DNA of 64,000 nt from Lytechinus pictus (Eukaryota): NCBI RefSeq assembly GCF_037042905.1, contig NC_087250.1, positions 9,798,001-9,862,000 of the forward strand. Direction: 5' to 3'. Positions within the stretch are counted from its first letter, which is position 1. Every line of letters starts with the position of its first letter. Of the stretch, positions 12,329-25,700 are shown one piece after another. Made by a program: the position numbers and the translations under genes. The notes below the pieces were generated by a model. It saw nothing but the letters and a program-made list of their open reading frames with translations, did no database searches and was not told the DNA's origin.

Positions 12329-13938
12329 TGGGATGCCGTTGGGATGAAAGTATATTTCAGGTGGAATTTTCTTTGAAGAAAAAAAAGTTATATTCGTGCC
12401 AAATGTATTCTACTGTCTGTTATTATACTTTCAAACATCGTTTAATAGAAATATATAAATGTCAAATCAATGATTTATATTACATTTTCTATCATGATAT
12501 GTCACTACTGGAAACCTATGTTTGTGTAGAAAAGTAACGAACAAAAATATGAAATGTTGTGTCACGTTTTTATTTTTATTTGTCTAAAATATGAAGATGT
12601 TTGGGGAAAAATGACACATAAATATTGTTCAACTCCCGATGAAAAAGCAAAGTGATAGAGGGGCATGATATACTCATTTGTTTGATATCAAATTCGTCAT
12701 GATAGCACAAATATTTTATAAGATACAGTAAAATCTTATGATGTTTGGCAAGTGTCAACTTTTCTTTGAGTTTCTTTGGTGTATGTAAATTTTTGGCCTC
12801 ATGGCAGCGTGCAAAGCCTTTCATATAAATGTTTTTAAAAAATACTGCTAAACCTCGAAAACAAAGAAAAAAGGGTGAAACACTCCATGTAATTTACAAA
12901 CCAATTCTCCATACGATTACAATCGACAATTGTTCACTGCCAAATATTTGTAAAAACATCACAATTCGAAATAATCAATTTACAGTGGTCAGAAAGGATT
13001 GTAACATATATATAAAAGGCGTAGAAATGGATAAAACTTCAATAGGCCGCTTTCTGAGAACAACAAGGGGAGCCCGGGCTTTAAATCTCAAAAGTACATA
13101 CACTTGATAGAACTTCCCCTACCAAGGCGGGGAAAACCTGTCCAGGGTCCCGATATCTCGCAATACTGCATACAAACGTCACCTACTGGCTAGCTCAGTG
13201 ACTTTGTCAAATTCGAGCAGGCTGGCAAATCACAACCCAGCATTCATTACACCGATATAATAATGGGTGTGACGTAATTATGAAAAGTGGGCAGCTCTCC
13301 GATAAACAAATCACTGATCGGCCACATGGTTTTCGTCAACGAGAAAGCCACAAATGTTGAGGATATAAATCCACAGGTGAGAGGTAACTCACTGAGGTTC
13401 GAGCCATTATCCATATCAAATTTTTTTCGGTATGGCCTAAATAGAGATCTCTCTTGGCTGGACAAAATTATATATTTTTTTTAAAATGATTTCAGGAATA
13501 TTTCATGAGTTAATCAGCAATAATCATCTTACTAGGCTATCAATTTACTTTTAGGTACTTTCATTCTTTCTTGTCTAGCACACATTTAATTCTCCTCCAA
13601 ACATGTTGACACTTGATTTCAAGATAGAGTAATATTGGAGTTCATTGTCACCTCATTTTATCCTGAATGAGTCTTATATTAAGAGGCCTTTATCGATTAC
13701 CTTATTCTTTTAATGCATATTCATGAGTCCAGGACGAAGCTGCTGTTTTGATACACCAATTTTCGACAGAGACTTTATAGGTTGATCTTTGTCACGAATG
13801 GGATTCGATAATACATGTTCTATGTTCTTGAAAGAGTTCTTCGTCGCAGCGCAACAACTTGATAATGAGATGGGGGTATTGTTGATGAGATATAGCTTGA
13901 GTATCGTCTGAGGCGGTTTTCCGTCATGCAAAAGATGT

Positions 13939-14222
13939 GGAGCGTCGTGGCACAGTGGATTAGTCTCCGGACTTTGAAACAGAGGGTCTTGGGTTCAAAT
14001 CCCAGCCATGGCGTAATTTCCTTCAGCAAGGAATTCATCCACAGTGTGCTGCACTCGACCAAGGTGAGGTAAATGGGTACCGGCAGGAAGTAATTCCTCA
14101 GAAAGCTGTGTGCACCTGCTTAGCCGGGTAATAATGGTAGCAGGGCCTGCTGGGAGAACAGTTTTCGGAACTGAAGTGGCTACCCTGGGTAAAAATACCG
14201 TTATTATTATTATTATTATTAT
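13939..14222 (+). mobile_element. tRNA-derived SINE, full length (unit-2 copy 46419-46702)
   Basis: Head GGAGCGTCGTGGCACAGTGG (A-box)...GGTTCAAATCCC (B-box), CORE-like body CCTTCAGCAAGG...AAATGGGTACC, (TTA)n tail. Confidence 0.85.
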
Positions 14223-14598
14223 CATACAGATCGAGCTTGTCTTGGTGGATACATATTGTAATCCTACCGAGTCTGGCCCGAATGCCTCTGGAAAGCAGAC
14301 AGCAAAAAAAAAAAAAACCAAGCATTTTATTTCAGAGACTCAAGGATGTAGGGAAGGGCAAGGGCAATATCACAGAATATTAACACAGTGACCAAACAAA
14401 ATCAATTCAATTCTTTATTCCATTTCCATTCAAAACACAATACAAAGAAATATACATCAGATACAATATTAGAGATGAGCATCCTTACTTCGTAAACAAA
14501 AAAAATCACAATGTCTTCCCTTTGAAGTAAATATAAAACAATAATAATGTTTGTAACTAATCATTTATATTGGGATTTATTCATTGTTTAGTCCATAC

Positions 14599-14760
14599 CA
14601 GGGCTCCATAACACAAAGGTTTGAACTCAATCGCTAAATACCAATGACCAATCAAGATCTTCGTTGCACGCGCACTCTGTTTAAAATACTGACCGGGAAC
14701 GTTCGGTGCGGTTCTTTCATACATGCAATTCATCGCAAGCCTTTGTGTTACGGAGCCCTG
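14599..14760. mobile_element. Harbinger-like MITE (unit-2 copy 47077-47238)
   Basis: CAGGGCTCCATAACACAAAGG...CCTTTGTGTTACGGAGCCCTG. Confidence 0.75.
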
Positions 14761-14847
14761 AACGTATTAATCTTGACTCAATGCAATGTCAAAACCTTAA
14801 TTTGCACCTGCCCCAAATTTAGTGCCGCCCTGTTTCCATGGCAATGT

Positions 14848-14940
14848 ACCGGTGCGTTGTTACGTACACCTGGAATCCAAGCAACATGGGCATGATGGGG
14901 AAGCTACGAACTTAAGCAGAGGTTCAAGGTTCGAGCCCTG
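14848..14940 (+). mobile_element. Decayed copy of the 7SL-like head (also 47326-47418)
   Basis: ACCGGTGCGTTGTTACGTACACCTGGAATCCAAGC...TGGGGAAGCTACGAACTTAAGCAGAGGTTC..GGTTCGAGCCCTG aligns by eye with 39435-39510. Confidence 0.6.
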
Positions 14941-15669
14941 CGTTACTGATTAATCGTACGCTTGATTTTTACTATGGATTGTACATCGTATTCAATGCAA
15001 TACTTAATAACATAATAATTATATACAATTGTTATACAATAATGGCTTAGCCAGTATATACATACGCAATGGCGGTCATAAAGATACATGATATATAAAA
15101 TAACCAATGTTACATAGTAATAATGAAAACATATAAAAGTCATTGTTGCTTTTGTCTGTAATCTGATTGCGCCACACCAGTCGAGCCAGTGCATACAGGG
15201 TGCACCTTGGGGGCGTTTGCCCCCCCCCCCTCCAAAAAAAAAACGCTTTCACCACCAAGACAAAAAAGAGATAAAATGTAAGGAAATAAAACAGAGATGG
15301 GTGAAATGTATGTATACTATCATTTTCTGAATATTAAGTCAAAATCTATCACTAGATTCGATTTTTGTAACAAAAAATATCAAAAGTTTTGCTCGCTCTC
15401 TTCGCTCACTCGCAACATTCTATTGATTTGTTTTCCCGGTACGCCATATCTGGCACCTCAGTTCCTTTGGCTCATCAAACCACTGAGTCGAGCTGAGTGA
15501 TTTGTTGAAAATAACATTATCTCCTTACGTTTTGTGCCATGAATATTCATGAGGCGTACTGACTAAATAAGCCCCATGATATCGTAATTTAATATGTCAA
15601 TCGCGTCGTAACCGAATTGAAGCCATTTTAGTCTTTCCCCGGATGAATAGCATTTCGGACTTTTCGCAA

Positions 15670-15954
15670 TTATTACGGGGAAACTCTCTACACCGCATCA
15701 ATCCCTTTGAAATTGCAAGTCAAACAACAATTGAGAGCAGAGAGGCTTTTGTCGAAAGTTGGTGGACCGGGACAGTATCGAAATATCTCGACTCTGGACA
15801 ACGACATATTTGCAATCGTTCGCCCGGTGCAAATCGTCGGATGATCTGCTGTACCAGTCCACCCACTTTCGACAAAAGCTGCTCAGCTCTCCATTGTGAT
15901 TTTAATTGCATTTCCAAAGGAATCAGTGCGTTGTAGAGAGTTTCCCCGTAGTAA
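15670..15954. mobile_element. Foldback MITE just downstream of the lectin stop codon (unit-2 copy 48150-48460)
   Basis: TACGGGGAAACTCTCTACA / TGTAGAGAGTTTCCCCGTA, plus internal inverted arms. Confidence 0.8.
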
Positions 15955-15970
15955 ATGCAAGGAGTCCCTA

Positions 15971-16198
15971 TTAACCACATGAAACAGGGACCTTGCAGAC
16001 AAAGGGATATTTTAAAAAACAGAATGTGTCTCGCCATCCCGAACGTACTACCCAGTACATTGTGCAATATGGATTGGACAAGTCCAGTCCATATCCAGCA
16101 AGCCATTTGTTGTAGTTGAACGGTGTCCCATCTGTCCAAACAAAGGGACCAGGTAAGCTGGGTCGGTGAAGCCCGATCCAGTACCCGTTATCACCAAT
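15971..16198 (-). CDS. Coding exon 5 (C-terminal half of C-type lectin domain and stop)
   Basis: Acceptor atttccctacag. In phase 0 it reads [32 protein letters not shown]...C...[21 protein letters not shown]. This frame is not shown in the ORF track. Confidence 0.92.
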   Translation of the reverse strand: MGDNGYWIGLHRPSLPGPFVWTDGTPFNYNKWLAGYGLDLSNPYCTMYWVVRSGWRDTFCFLKYPFVCKVPVSCG

Positions 16199-19100
16199 CT
16201 GTAGGGAAATGACAGATAAAATACCAAAGTAGGCTTACATATTTTCGATGAAATCTGGGCCCGTAGCAAAAAGAAAGTTTGAATGTATAACCACATTTGC
16301 TTTGATTTTTATGAAAAGCCTGATGTACTTCTGCCAACAGTTTTCTCACTAAAAGGCGCCCATGGCTTCATTGTGACACTATCCAAAAGGCGCGTACACC
16401 AAAATAACCATTCGAAACCGCACAGAATGGGGCCAAGGCCTTGAACTTTCCACCCATTTGCATAATTGTTTAATCTTGTAATGGCCCGTATTCTGAAGGC
16501 GGGTTTAATTTAAACCCTGGTTTAAAGTTGTGGTTTAACAATGGAAAGCCAGTTGTTAAATATATCTCTTACAGTATAAGTTTCATGTATCAGCTCATTT
16601 GACTCCCAAAACATTATTAATTGCCTGGGAAGGATAAGTGTGACAGTTGTTCTCACCAGTAAAGAATTAGTAAAGAGCCAGTAAACATGAGTAGCATTCT
16701 GTAAACAAATTTGAAAAATTTGGCTTCTTATAATTTTAGCACAGAGTTATACCCCCGTCACACTTATTCGGAATCAGCAGGAATCGAGCAGAAGCTGGAA
16801 AGAAAAAATATTCAAAAAATCTAGAAATTTTTGGGAGGAACTTATGAAATCATCAAACTGGAGTTGAAATTCAGTAAATTGACCAGGTGTATCATCATAC
16901 ACTAGTCAAATGAACCGCAATGGAGTCAGATTGATAATCGTGCTACGTTCTTGGACATTCTAGGGGCATTCTAAATATTCTGACTGCATTCTGAGTGCAT
17001 TCGAAATATTTTTGTCATTTCTTTTGGCCGTCCCGAAGGTTTTGGTCATGTTCAAAACATTCGAGGGGTATTCTCGAACGATGTTGGAAGTAGATTTAAA
17101 TGACCAATTGGTGGTCAAACAATAGTCCTTTCATTCAGGCCAATTCTGCTTGATTCGGAATAAGTGTGATGGGGGCTTAAGACCATGGTCTAAGCTAAAC
17201 CCGAATTCAGAATACGGGCCTATGGGTGCATGTTTAGGAATAAGTGACCCCTTATTCACTGTGATGGAAAATTTTATTTCAAAGCTGTCTTTAGCAGTCT
17301 CATTTGGCAGTAATGTTTATCAACCTATGGGCAGAATTCTGTGCAAAAATGAAATCGATTTGTTTATTCATGGATGAGTGAGCACGAATTAAAAAGGGAA
17401 AAGGGCGTATTTTCATTGTCACCGACTCTTCTTTAGGGGTTGTTAAGTGAATCATTGGGGCAAATTCAGATTCAAATGTGACTTCAACTGCTGTTGTTTT
17501 TAATCATCCATCATATTTATCACCACGCACTTTCCGAACTTTTTACACTTTCATGGTTGAGCGAGCACAATCGAAAACTCTTTTTACTGCATAAATGTAT
17601 TCTTTTCCTAACTCTTTTTACTGCATTCATGTATCATTTTCCTAACAATTTCTCAGGATCAGTTGAATTCATGGACAAATCAAGGCAGAATTTGAAAGTG
17701 GAGAGGGGCCAAGAAATTGGGGGAGGAGAGCGACTAACATTTTCCAATTTTAACATGTTTTAACTACCATTAACCCCTATGATGATCATGATACATCACA
17801 AAAAAATTGTGCTCACTCAACCATTATCAAAATTTTGTGTGGAGTGGCTAATTAATGGATAGTAAAACATAAAATTCACAAAAAAAACATACAGCAACAA
17901 CCTTTGCCTTACTTTCTGTTTACACCATCTGAAAAACGACTCTTGTGACTTTCAAAAATAGTCATTTTTAATTCAATCTTTGATTCACCGGCGTAAATCC
18001 ACTGTGAGGAGTGGGGAATGATTGACTTTTTTGACGATTTTATTTTCTGTCGATCTGACACTTGGGTATAAACACACACTCTCACTGACCCCCACAGACC
18101 CCCTTACACACATTTTTATATTTATTTTGCGAGTGATTACAATTTTCTAGTTTTTAATCGCATTTCCTAACATAAATTCTAAAATATGAGCGAGCAAAGC
18201 GTGCAAGCCAAAAATAACCACCTTTTTTGTTTTCAATCGCATTTTCAAATAGAAATTCTAAAATATGATGGTTGTTTATGACAGATATTCAAAGATTTTA
18301 CTAACGGATTAATTAAAATATATTTTCTTTCTTAAAAAGTGGATGGATATTTGTACACGCCATCCCCCCTCTCCAAAAAGTGGGGGGATGTATCCCCCGT
18401 CCCCCCGGGATTTACGCCAATGCTTTGATTACTCATGCATGACGCAACTGATCAATCTCATTCCCCCCAGGAGTTGTAGACAACCACCTACGAAATATCA
18501 TATTCTAAAATTATTCCGTTCAAAAGTTACAGCATTTTTATTTAGGGGGGAATTACTTTTTTGTTGTGTATATGTATGACTATATATTTAATCAAATCAA
18601 ATCGGTCGTGCGATCCAAAAGAGTAAATAGGGGGTAGTTTCATTAATATTTAAATATTGATGAAACACCGGGTCACTCGGCGGGAGCGTTGGTAATTTCA
18701 CCGAGCCTATTTATCAATCTATTTCAGGAGGTAAATCTACTTAAAAACAAACATTTTTTAAAACGTTTAACAAATCTTGAAAAAAAGCTTAGTTGAAATA
18801 TTCTTTTAAAAATGTGTTTGATGATTTTTTAACAGACTTTGATGTTCCTGTCATTACAGGTTGATAACATTGAAAGATAATTTTTAGCATTGAAAATATG
18901 TTATTAAGATGTTTCTTTAATTTCTGAACAAAAATCATCATGAAAATTTGGAAAATGGTTTTGTTAAACACTGATGAATTCTTCTCTATTAAGGATTTTG
19001 ATAAACGTAAAAAAATATTTAAAATAGTGTTTAATATCTTCTAAATACTTTATCATGACCTTTCTAGAACGTTAAATGTTATTGAAGTAATATTTTGATA

Positions 19101-22100
19101 ACATTTAAAAAAATGTTTTGTTTCTGAAAAGTATAATTAGTATGATATTATCAAAGCGTAAAAAAAAATTTACGTTTCGGGAAAACAAAAGATAATTCTT
19201 GTAAAGAATATTTAGCTATAATATTTTGAGAACATATTTTCTAAACTTTTATACAACTTTTAAATGCATTAATTAAGTTTTACCAAAGTTTCAAGATGGT
19301 ATTTTCTTATATCAAATGTATTTACCAACGCCGTAAATATAGAGATGTTAGTAAAACGTTATTTTGTTTCTGAAAAACAATATGCATCATAATAACATCA
19401 AAATAAGGATATTTGTTTTCTAATATGTTTAGTTATTTGTTTTAATATATACCAATACATATATATACAGTGCGTCCCAGAATAAACGAAACCGAGATTT
19501 AGCGATGATTTATCATAACTTAATCATAAATACAATATACAAATTACCTATCAATGTAAAGCTTAGAATCTCCTCTTTCATCTGATATTACTTAGATTAT
19601 TTCTCATTCACGCATGAGTGAGCAAAAACAATTTGAATAAAGGATACCAAAAACTCATTTGGCGGGGGGTATCTGAATTTCAAAAAGAAAATCACATGCC
19701 TAAAAAGTTCAATATCTGCTCTTTCATTTGATACCTTAATCACAAAAAATGGTCCAGAAGTAAAAAAGTTATGTTCCCTCGAAACAATGCTTGTATTTCC
19801 ATAATTTCATTAAATAAACTTGTTTTCACCGGTTTCCCACAGAAGCTATCGCACGGTTAACAAAAGACTTAGTGCATGGCTGATCTTCAACAAAACGGAG
19901 TATCGAGTGAGTTTGAACGCTAGCCTGTAAAACCTCTTCATCTTATGAAATTATTGAAATTCAAGCCTTATTTCAAATAACCAGAACTTTCTTATTTCTT
20001 GACCATTTTCTGTAATTGAGGTATCAAATTAAAGAGGAGATATTGAACTTTTTTAAAATGTGGTTTTCGTTTTGAAACCCAGATACAGCCCGCCAAATGA
20101 CGTTTCGTTATCCCCTCTTCAAATTGTTTTTGCTCACTCATGCGTGAATGAAAAATGATCTAAGTAATTCCAGATGAAAGAGGAGATTCTAAGCTTTACA
20201 ATGGTAGGTCATTTGTCTATTGTATTTGTGATTAAGTTATGATAAATTATTGATAAATCTCGGTTTCGTTTTTTGTGGGAAGCACTGTATATAATAATAT
20301 ACCAAGTATATTTCAGCGCCTTGAGCACATAATCAATGTGGATTTGGCGCTTTATAAATACTCTATGTTATTATTATTATTATTATTATTAATAGCATCA
20401 GTGGCGGACCGTGACTCGGAGGAGACAAAGCAATGGAGGGGCCCTGTATTGTTTGCGAACAATGCTGTGCCCCTCCAATGCTTTGTCTCCTCCGGGTCAC
20501 GGTCCGCCGCTGAATAGCATATTTTCACAATTTTTCAAGAACGTTTGTTGTTATTGTCACACACAATGCTGAACATTACAAAATGTGAGTAAATATATAT
20601 GTGTATATATTAATGTTAAAATTATATCATAAAAATGTCAAAATAAGGAGGTTTCTGATATTTTGTTAAACATCATTAAAAACATTGTAAAAACATTGCT
20701 AAAAATGTTTTGTTATAATATTTGAGAAACATAAACATGGCCGTGGGGCGTTACTAAACCGAATGTAAGTAAAGGTGACAAAATAATTACAATTATATTA
20801 CTGTATTTGCTTCGAGGGTCAATTCAGGGAATACTTGTTAAGGGTACAGTCTTATTTCCAATACTTGTTAGGGTACGGTTTCACACGCCAATACTTGTTA
20901 AGGGGTGTATTTTCAGAACATGGAAAATACTTGTTTAGGGTGCTTTTCGAAACCCAATGGACGTGCCTAGTATCCATTCGTCAATAGAAGTGCCCCCCCC
21001 CCCGGATCGCCCCGGATAGGTCTAATGATTCAAAAGGCTAAACAAAACAATTGCTGCATACCACACATTTAAGTTAGGGCCTTTTCACACGTAAATCTTG
21101 AATCATCATTGCAATGATGATTGCAATTCGTCTTTAGAATCATCGGACCTTTCACACGGAAAATTCGTATCGTAATTAGAATGAAACCTAACTGGAATTC
21201 ACCTCAGGAATAGAATTTGAATTCGTGAATGTGATTAGCGTTCGTGATTCTAGTTTGGTTCCAAACGTGCAAAAAAATCGTCACTAGCCTTTTTTTTTTT
21301 ACTGGAATCGTCGTTCAAATTACGATTTTTTTTTTCCCTGAGAAAGGACGGTTAGTGACCTGAAAATACTCACTAGCTTTCGCAATGTAGTTATGAAATT
21401 TAGTTCCTCTTCACTATGGATAGAAACCAGATCCCCACGACATGACTGTCCACTGGTGAAATTACGACAGGTATACATGGCGCCTGTAAAGCTTGCTAAC
21501 TCGTAAAATGATTCGTAGCAACTTCTTTCAAAGAGTTTCCATGATGAATACGGGCAAAGATCTGCAGGTAATAATAATAATAGGCATTTATATGGCGCCA
21601 TCTATCTAGAAATATTCTATTCCGAGGCGCGTTGTTATTAGTATTATTACCCCGGCTTTAGCTCGAGCTGCCTTTCAGCGCTCATGCATTCAAGGAATTA
21701 ATCCTGCTGGGTACCCATTCACCTCATCTGTGTTGAGTGCAGCACAGTGTGGATACATTTCTTGCTGAAGGCTGGGATTCGAACCCACAACCCTCTGTTT
21801 CAAAGTCAGAAGACTTATCCACTGGGCCATAACGCTCCACAATGTACAACAAAGAAAAGCAGAGATGGTGCCTATTATTAATTAAAATAGTTGGAATTCG
21901 GAGGGGTTTGAGTAATTTGTCTACTATTAAATCATACTGCATAGCTCATGTAGCTCTGATGCACATCGGGAATGCATTCACCCTTTGTATTCACAATGCA
22001 GTGTAACGGCAATCGCAGGTATAGCCAAAGATACTACAAGGCGAAGATCGGACACTTCGACGGTTTTTTGAAACGCTCGATATATGCTTATGGGGAAGGG

Positions 22101-22168
22101 CGCCAAACAGCGTTGAGTAAGTAAACCTTCGCATACCTGCACGTGACTGTGTATAATAATAATAATAA

Positions 22169-22211
<43 letters not shown>

Positions 22212-22722
22212 CCTGTAGTAGAGAACGACGATGTAAAACTTTTATGGGATTTTAATATCCAGACAGACAAGGTCATTGAAGCTAGACGACCAGACATCGT
22301 TCTCTTAAAGAAGAAGGAAAAGGAATGTCTCATCATAGATATTGCGATTCCGGGAGACTGCAGAGCTTGGCGTAAAGAGGAGGAAAAGATACAGAAGTAT
22401 AACGATCTGGCATGGGAGCTGAGAAGGATATGGAAGGTGAAGACGAAGGTGGTACCAATAGTCATCGGAGCCTTAGGAACAGTGACAACAAGACACAGAA
22501 GCTGTCTGGCTGTTCTAGGAGTCGAGGTGTCCTTTGAAACGATACAGAAGGCAAGCTTGCTTGGAACAGCTCATATCTTACGGAAGGTCTTGAATTAGAA
22601 AGAGAAGTGAACAATGAGAAGAGGACCCATTTGATAGAATATAGAACAATAACCCTAGATTTCTGGAAGAAGTCCGGTTGCTGTTTAATATACCAACATA
22701 ACATCAAGTTGTGGACAATGGA

Positions 22723-22778
<56 letters not shown>

Positions 22779-25700
22779 GAAATTATGGTCAAATAAAGAA
22801 AAGGAAAATCTTATGACTTGCTTCTACTTTGCGACTGATGTATCTCATAAAACTAGACATTACAGGAAGATAATGAGAGAAACGTGGCTTGAAAATAATG
22901 GTGATCCATCCGTTGGAGAGCAAGCTCTGGCAGACATGAAACAAAATATCCTTCGTACTCAATATTTCAGCGAGATTGAATTAGAGAGAATAAAACAAAA
23001 GGCACATATACTTTGTAGAAAAATTGATAATGCCGGTAATGACGAAACCAGCGACGATCATGGGGATGGTGATGACAAAAATGCCGGTCCTGACAATGCC
23101 AACGATGGCCATAGATATGCTGATGACAAGAATGCCGTCGATGGCGATGCCAACGGCGACCATGGTAATAAAGATGACAACGAAAACCATGATGGTGATG
23201 ACAATAATGTCGGTGTTGATGATTTCAACGATGGCCATGATGATGCTGACAACAATGATACCGGTGATGACGATACCAATGATGATCTCGGTGATACTGA
23301 AGTCAATAATGCTGGCAAGCCTAATGACGATGCCAACGACGACCATGCTGAAGCTAATAACGATGAAGCAGATAATGACAATGCTGCTATAAACGATAAC
23401 CATGGCGATGTTGTGAACAATGACACAGCTGATGATGACTATGATGCCGATATTGATGGTGAGAATGTGTATCATAAAGGCAGGAACGAAGGAGGCCAAC
23501 CAAATAAAGACGGGAGAGTAGAAACGTGTGACAAGAGATTATCAAGACATCCACCCAAGGCCAATGATACGACATGGCCAGCCAATTATAATGAAAATTC
23601 GAAGATCACAGATACACAATCGCTACACAGCAAAGTGAGGAGGAAAAGAGAAAAGAAATTATGGTCAAATAAAGAGAAGGAAAATCTTATGACTTGCTTC
23701 TACTTTGCGACTGATGTATCTCATAAAACTAGACATTACAGGAAGAGAATGAGAGAAACGTGGCTTGAAAATAATGGTGATCCATCCGTTGGAGAGCAAG
23801 CTCTGGCAGACATGAAACAAAGTATCCTTCGTACTCAATATTTCAGCGAGATTGAATTAGAGAGAATAAAGGAAAATGCCCAAAGTCTTTGTAGAGAACG
23901 AAAGCGTAATGCAACAAAGAATCAAGATGACAGGGGAAAACGAATAACAGATAAAGTAGACAAATTGCACGACACTAACAATGATAGAGAGAGATCGGGA
24001 AAAGGAGAAAACTCGGTAATCACCAACACTGAGAAGGTGAGAAATTCTATCCATGATGAAGGAAGTACAGTTTCTGGAAATACAGTGAATATATTTCTTG
24101 ACGAGGGGATTATATTCAACAATCAACAGGATGTTCGGACGCAGAGTGATAGGGGCTTACGAGATGGAGAACACAACCAAAGAATATCACAGGAACAACG
24201 TATGAATCGTCTTGATATGGACAGTGCTCAGAAGAAAAGAAAGAAAGATGACTACATCGCTCAATTTGGGGCGTGTTCCTTGTCTCTTCTACAAAAACTA
24301 GATGAAATCGAAACGGTAGACACACATATTGAGGCCGAATACCAAAGAGGAGCACATTTCTTTCAGTACTGTGACACATCTGACAACAAGCCCGCTGGTG
24401 GAGAGGGAAAGGGATCAACGATGAACAGAAGAAAAAACAGCTCTTATAAGACTGGATTCTCTTCACATGTAGACATACACCAACACTTGCAACAACCTAA
24501 AGTGAAATCTCGTACTCTTCGGGTTACAGCAATAGAAAAGGCTAAGAAAAGACAAGAAATTACTGAGACTGAACATGGGGACGATGTTGCCCATTTTCTA
24601 TGCGGTGGAGAGCCTCGCATTCAACAAGATAAAGAATGTGAAAGGAACGTATCGGGTAATATCAAATCATCTGTACCCGAGAGAGATGCGATTGTATCAC
24701 AAGACTCGACAAATGAAGACAGAGATTCCGATCAACGGCTGTTATCAGCACTGAGGAGCAACTTTGAATATGTGAAGGGAATATCAATATCAGATAGACC
24801 CCAAATTCCCAAGATCGACACAAGGTGCTGTACTACTAGGAGCGTGATCGACAAAGTAGATAAAATGCTTGAAAAGGTGCAATCTAGTCCTTCCAGTTTG
24901 TTGGAGATAAACTGTCTTATCTGGGCAGGAGCAAAAACTGTAACAGAACATATGGGACTCAAGCTTCATTCATCAAACCACTCTACCAATCATAAGAAGA
25001 AGGCTCCTGAATGGAAGAAAAGGCTACAAACCAAGATAGCAGAACTACATAAAGACGTGGCTCAACTCGGAGAAGTAGATAAGGGAAACATAAAATCCAA
25101 TCGGATGAAGAGCAATGCCAAAAGACTTCAGAAGAAATATCGCATTGACGATAAGACCCGTACTAGGACAACTGTTATAGAAACGCTCAAAATGAAGATA
25201 AATGCTCTCAAACACCGTGTTAAGAGATACACAAAGAGTAACAATTTCAAACGGCAGAATAAACTCTTCCATGGAAACAGAAAGAAATTCTTTCGTGAGC
25301 TGGATTCAAAGATGACTGAGACGAAAGATGTTCCATCGGCAGATGATATGAAGAACTACTGGAAAGAACTTTGGGATAATGATATCACTCACGAAGAAAC
25401 TCCCTGGATTCAGTCGGAAGCAGACAAATGGTCCAATGTGCCAGCGCAGCAGCTAGTAGACCTGACCTTACCTGAACTACAAAACTACAAAATACTAATC
25501 TACTGAAAATCATCAATGACATTATCAGAGGGAACAGGACTATTGAGAAATGGCTGCCAATTGGAAGGACCTATCTACTGTACAAAGGCAAAGACCCAAA
25601 ACAACCTAAGAACTATCGTCCAATCACTTGCCTTAATACTATGTATAAGCTGCTGACATCAACGCTTGCCATGCACATCGAACGACACATCGATGATCAT

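Noticed and set aside
13247..13931. Short minus-strand ORFs that might be a transposon protein remnant
   Set aside because: No motif I can recognise with confidence.
13939..14010. tRNA-Gln gene
   Set aside because: The acceptor stem does not pair and the sequence continues into a SINE body and tail. Multiple such copies exist.
15720..16296. ORF-track proteins of 139 and 82 aa
   Set aside because: Wrong frames. The real exon is in the third frame (WIGL...WTDG...FVCK).
22088..22816. Poly-Ile and poly-Asn peptides
   Set aside because: Translations of (AAT)n microsatellites.
22981..23499. Hydrophobic, Ser-rich or Met-rich ORFs overlapping the D/N tract
   Set aside because: Alternate-frame and antisense shadows of the (GAY/AAY)-rich retrotransposon sequence.
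25476..25641. Programmed ribosomal frameshift between two retrotransposon ORFs
   Set aside because: R4-clade elements are single-ORF, a conserved PGPD block is missing, and an 8-bp duplication explains the frame change.
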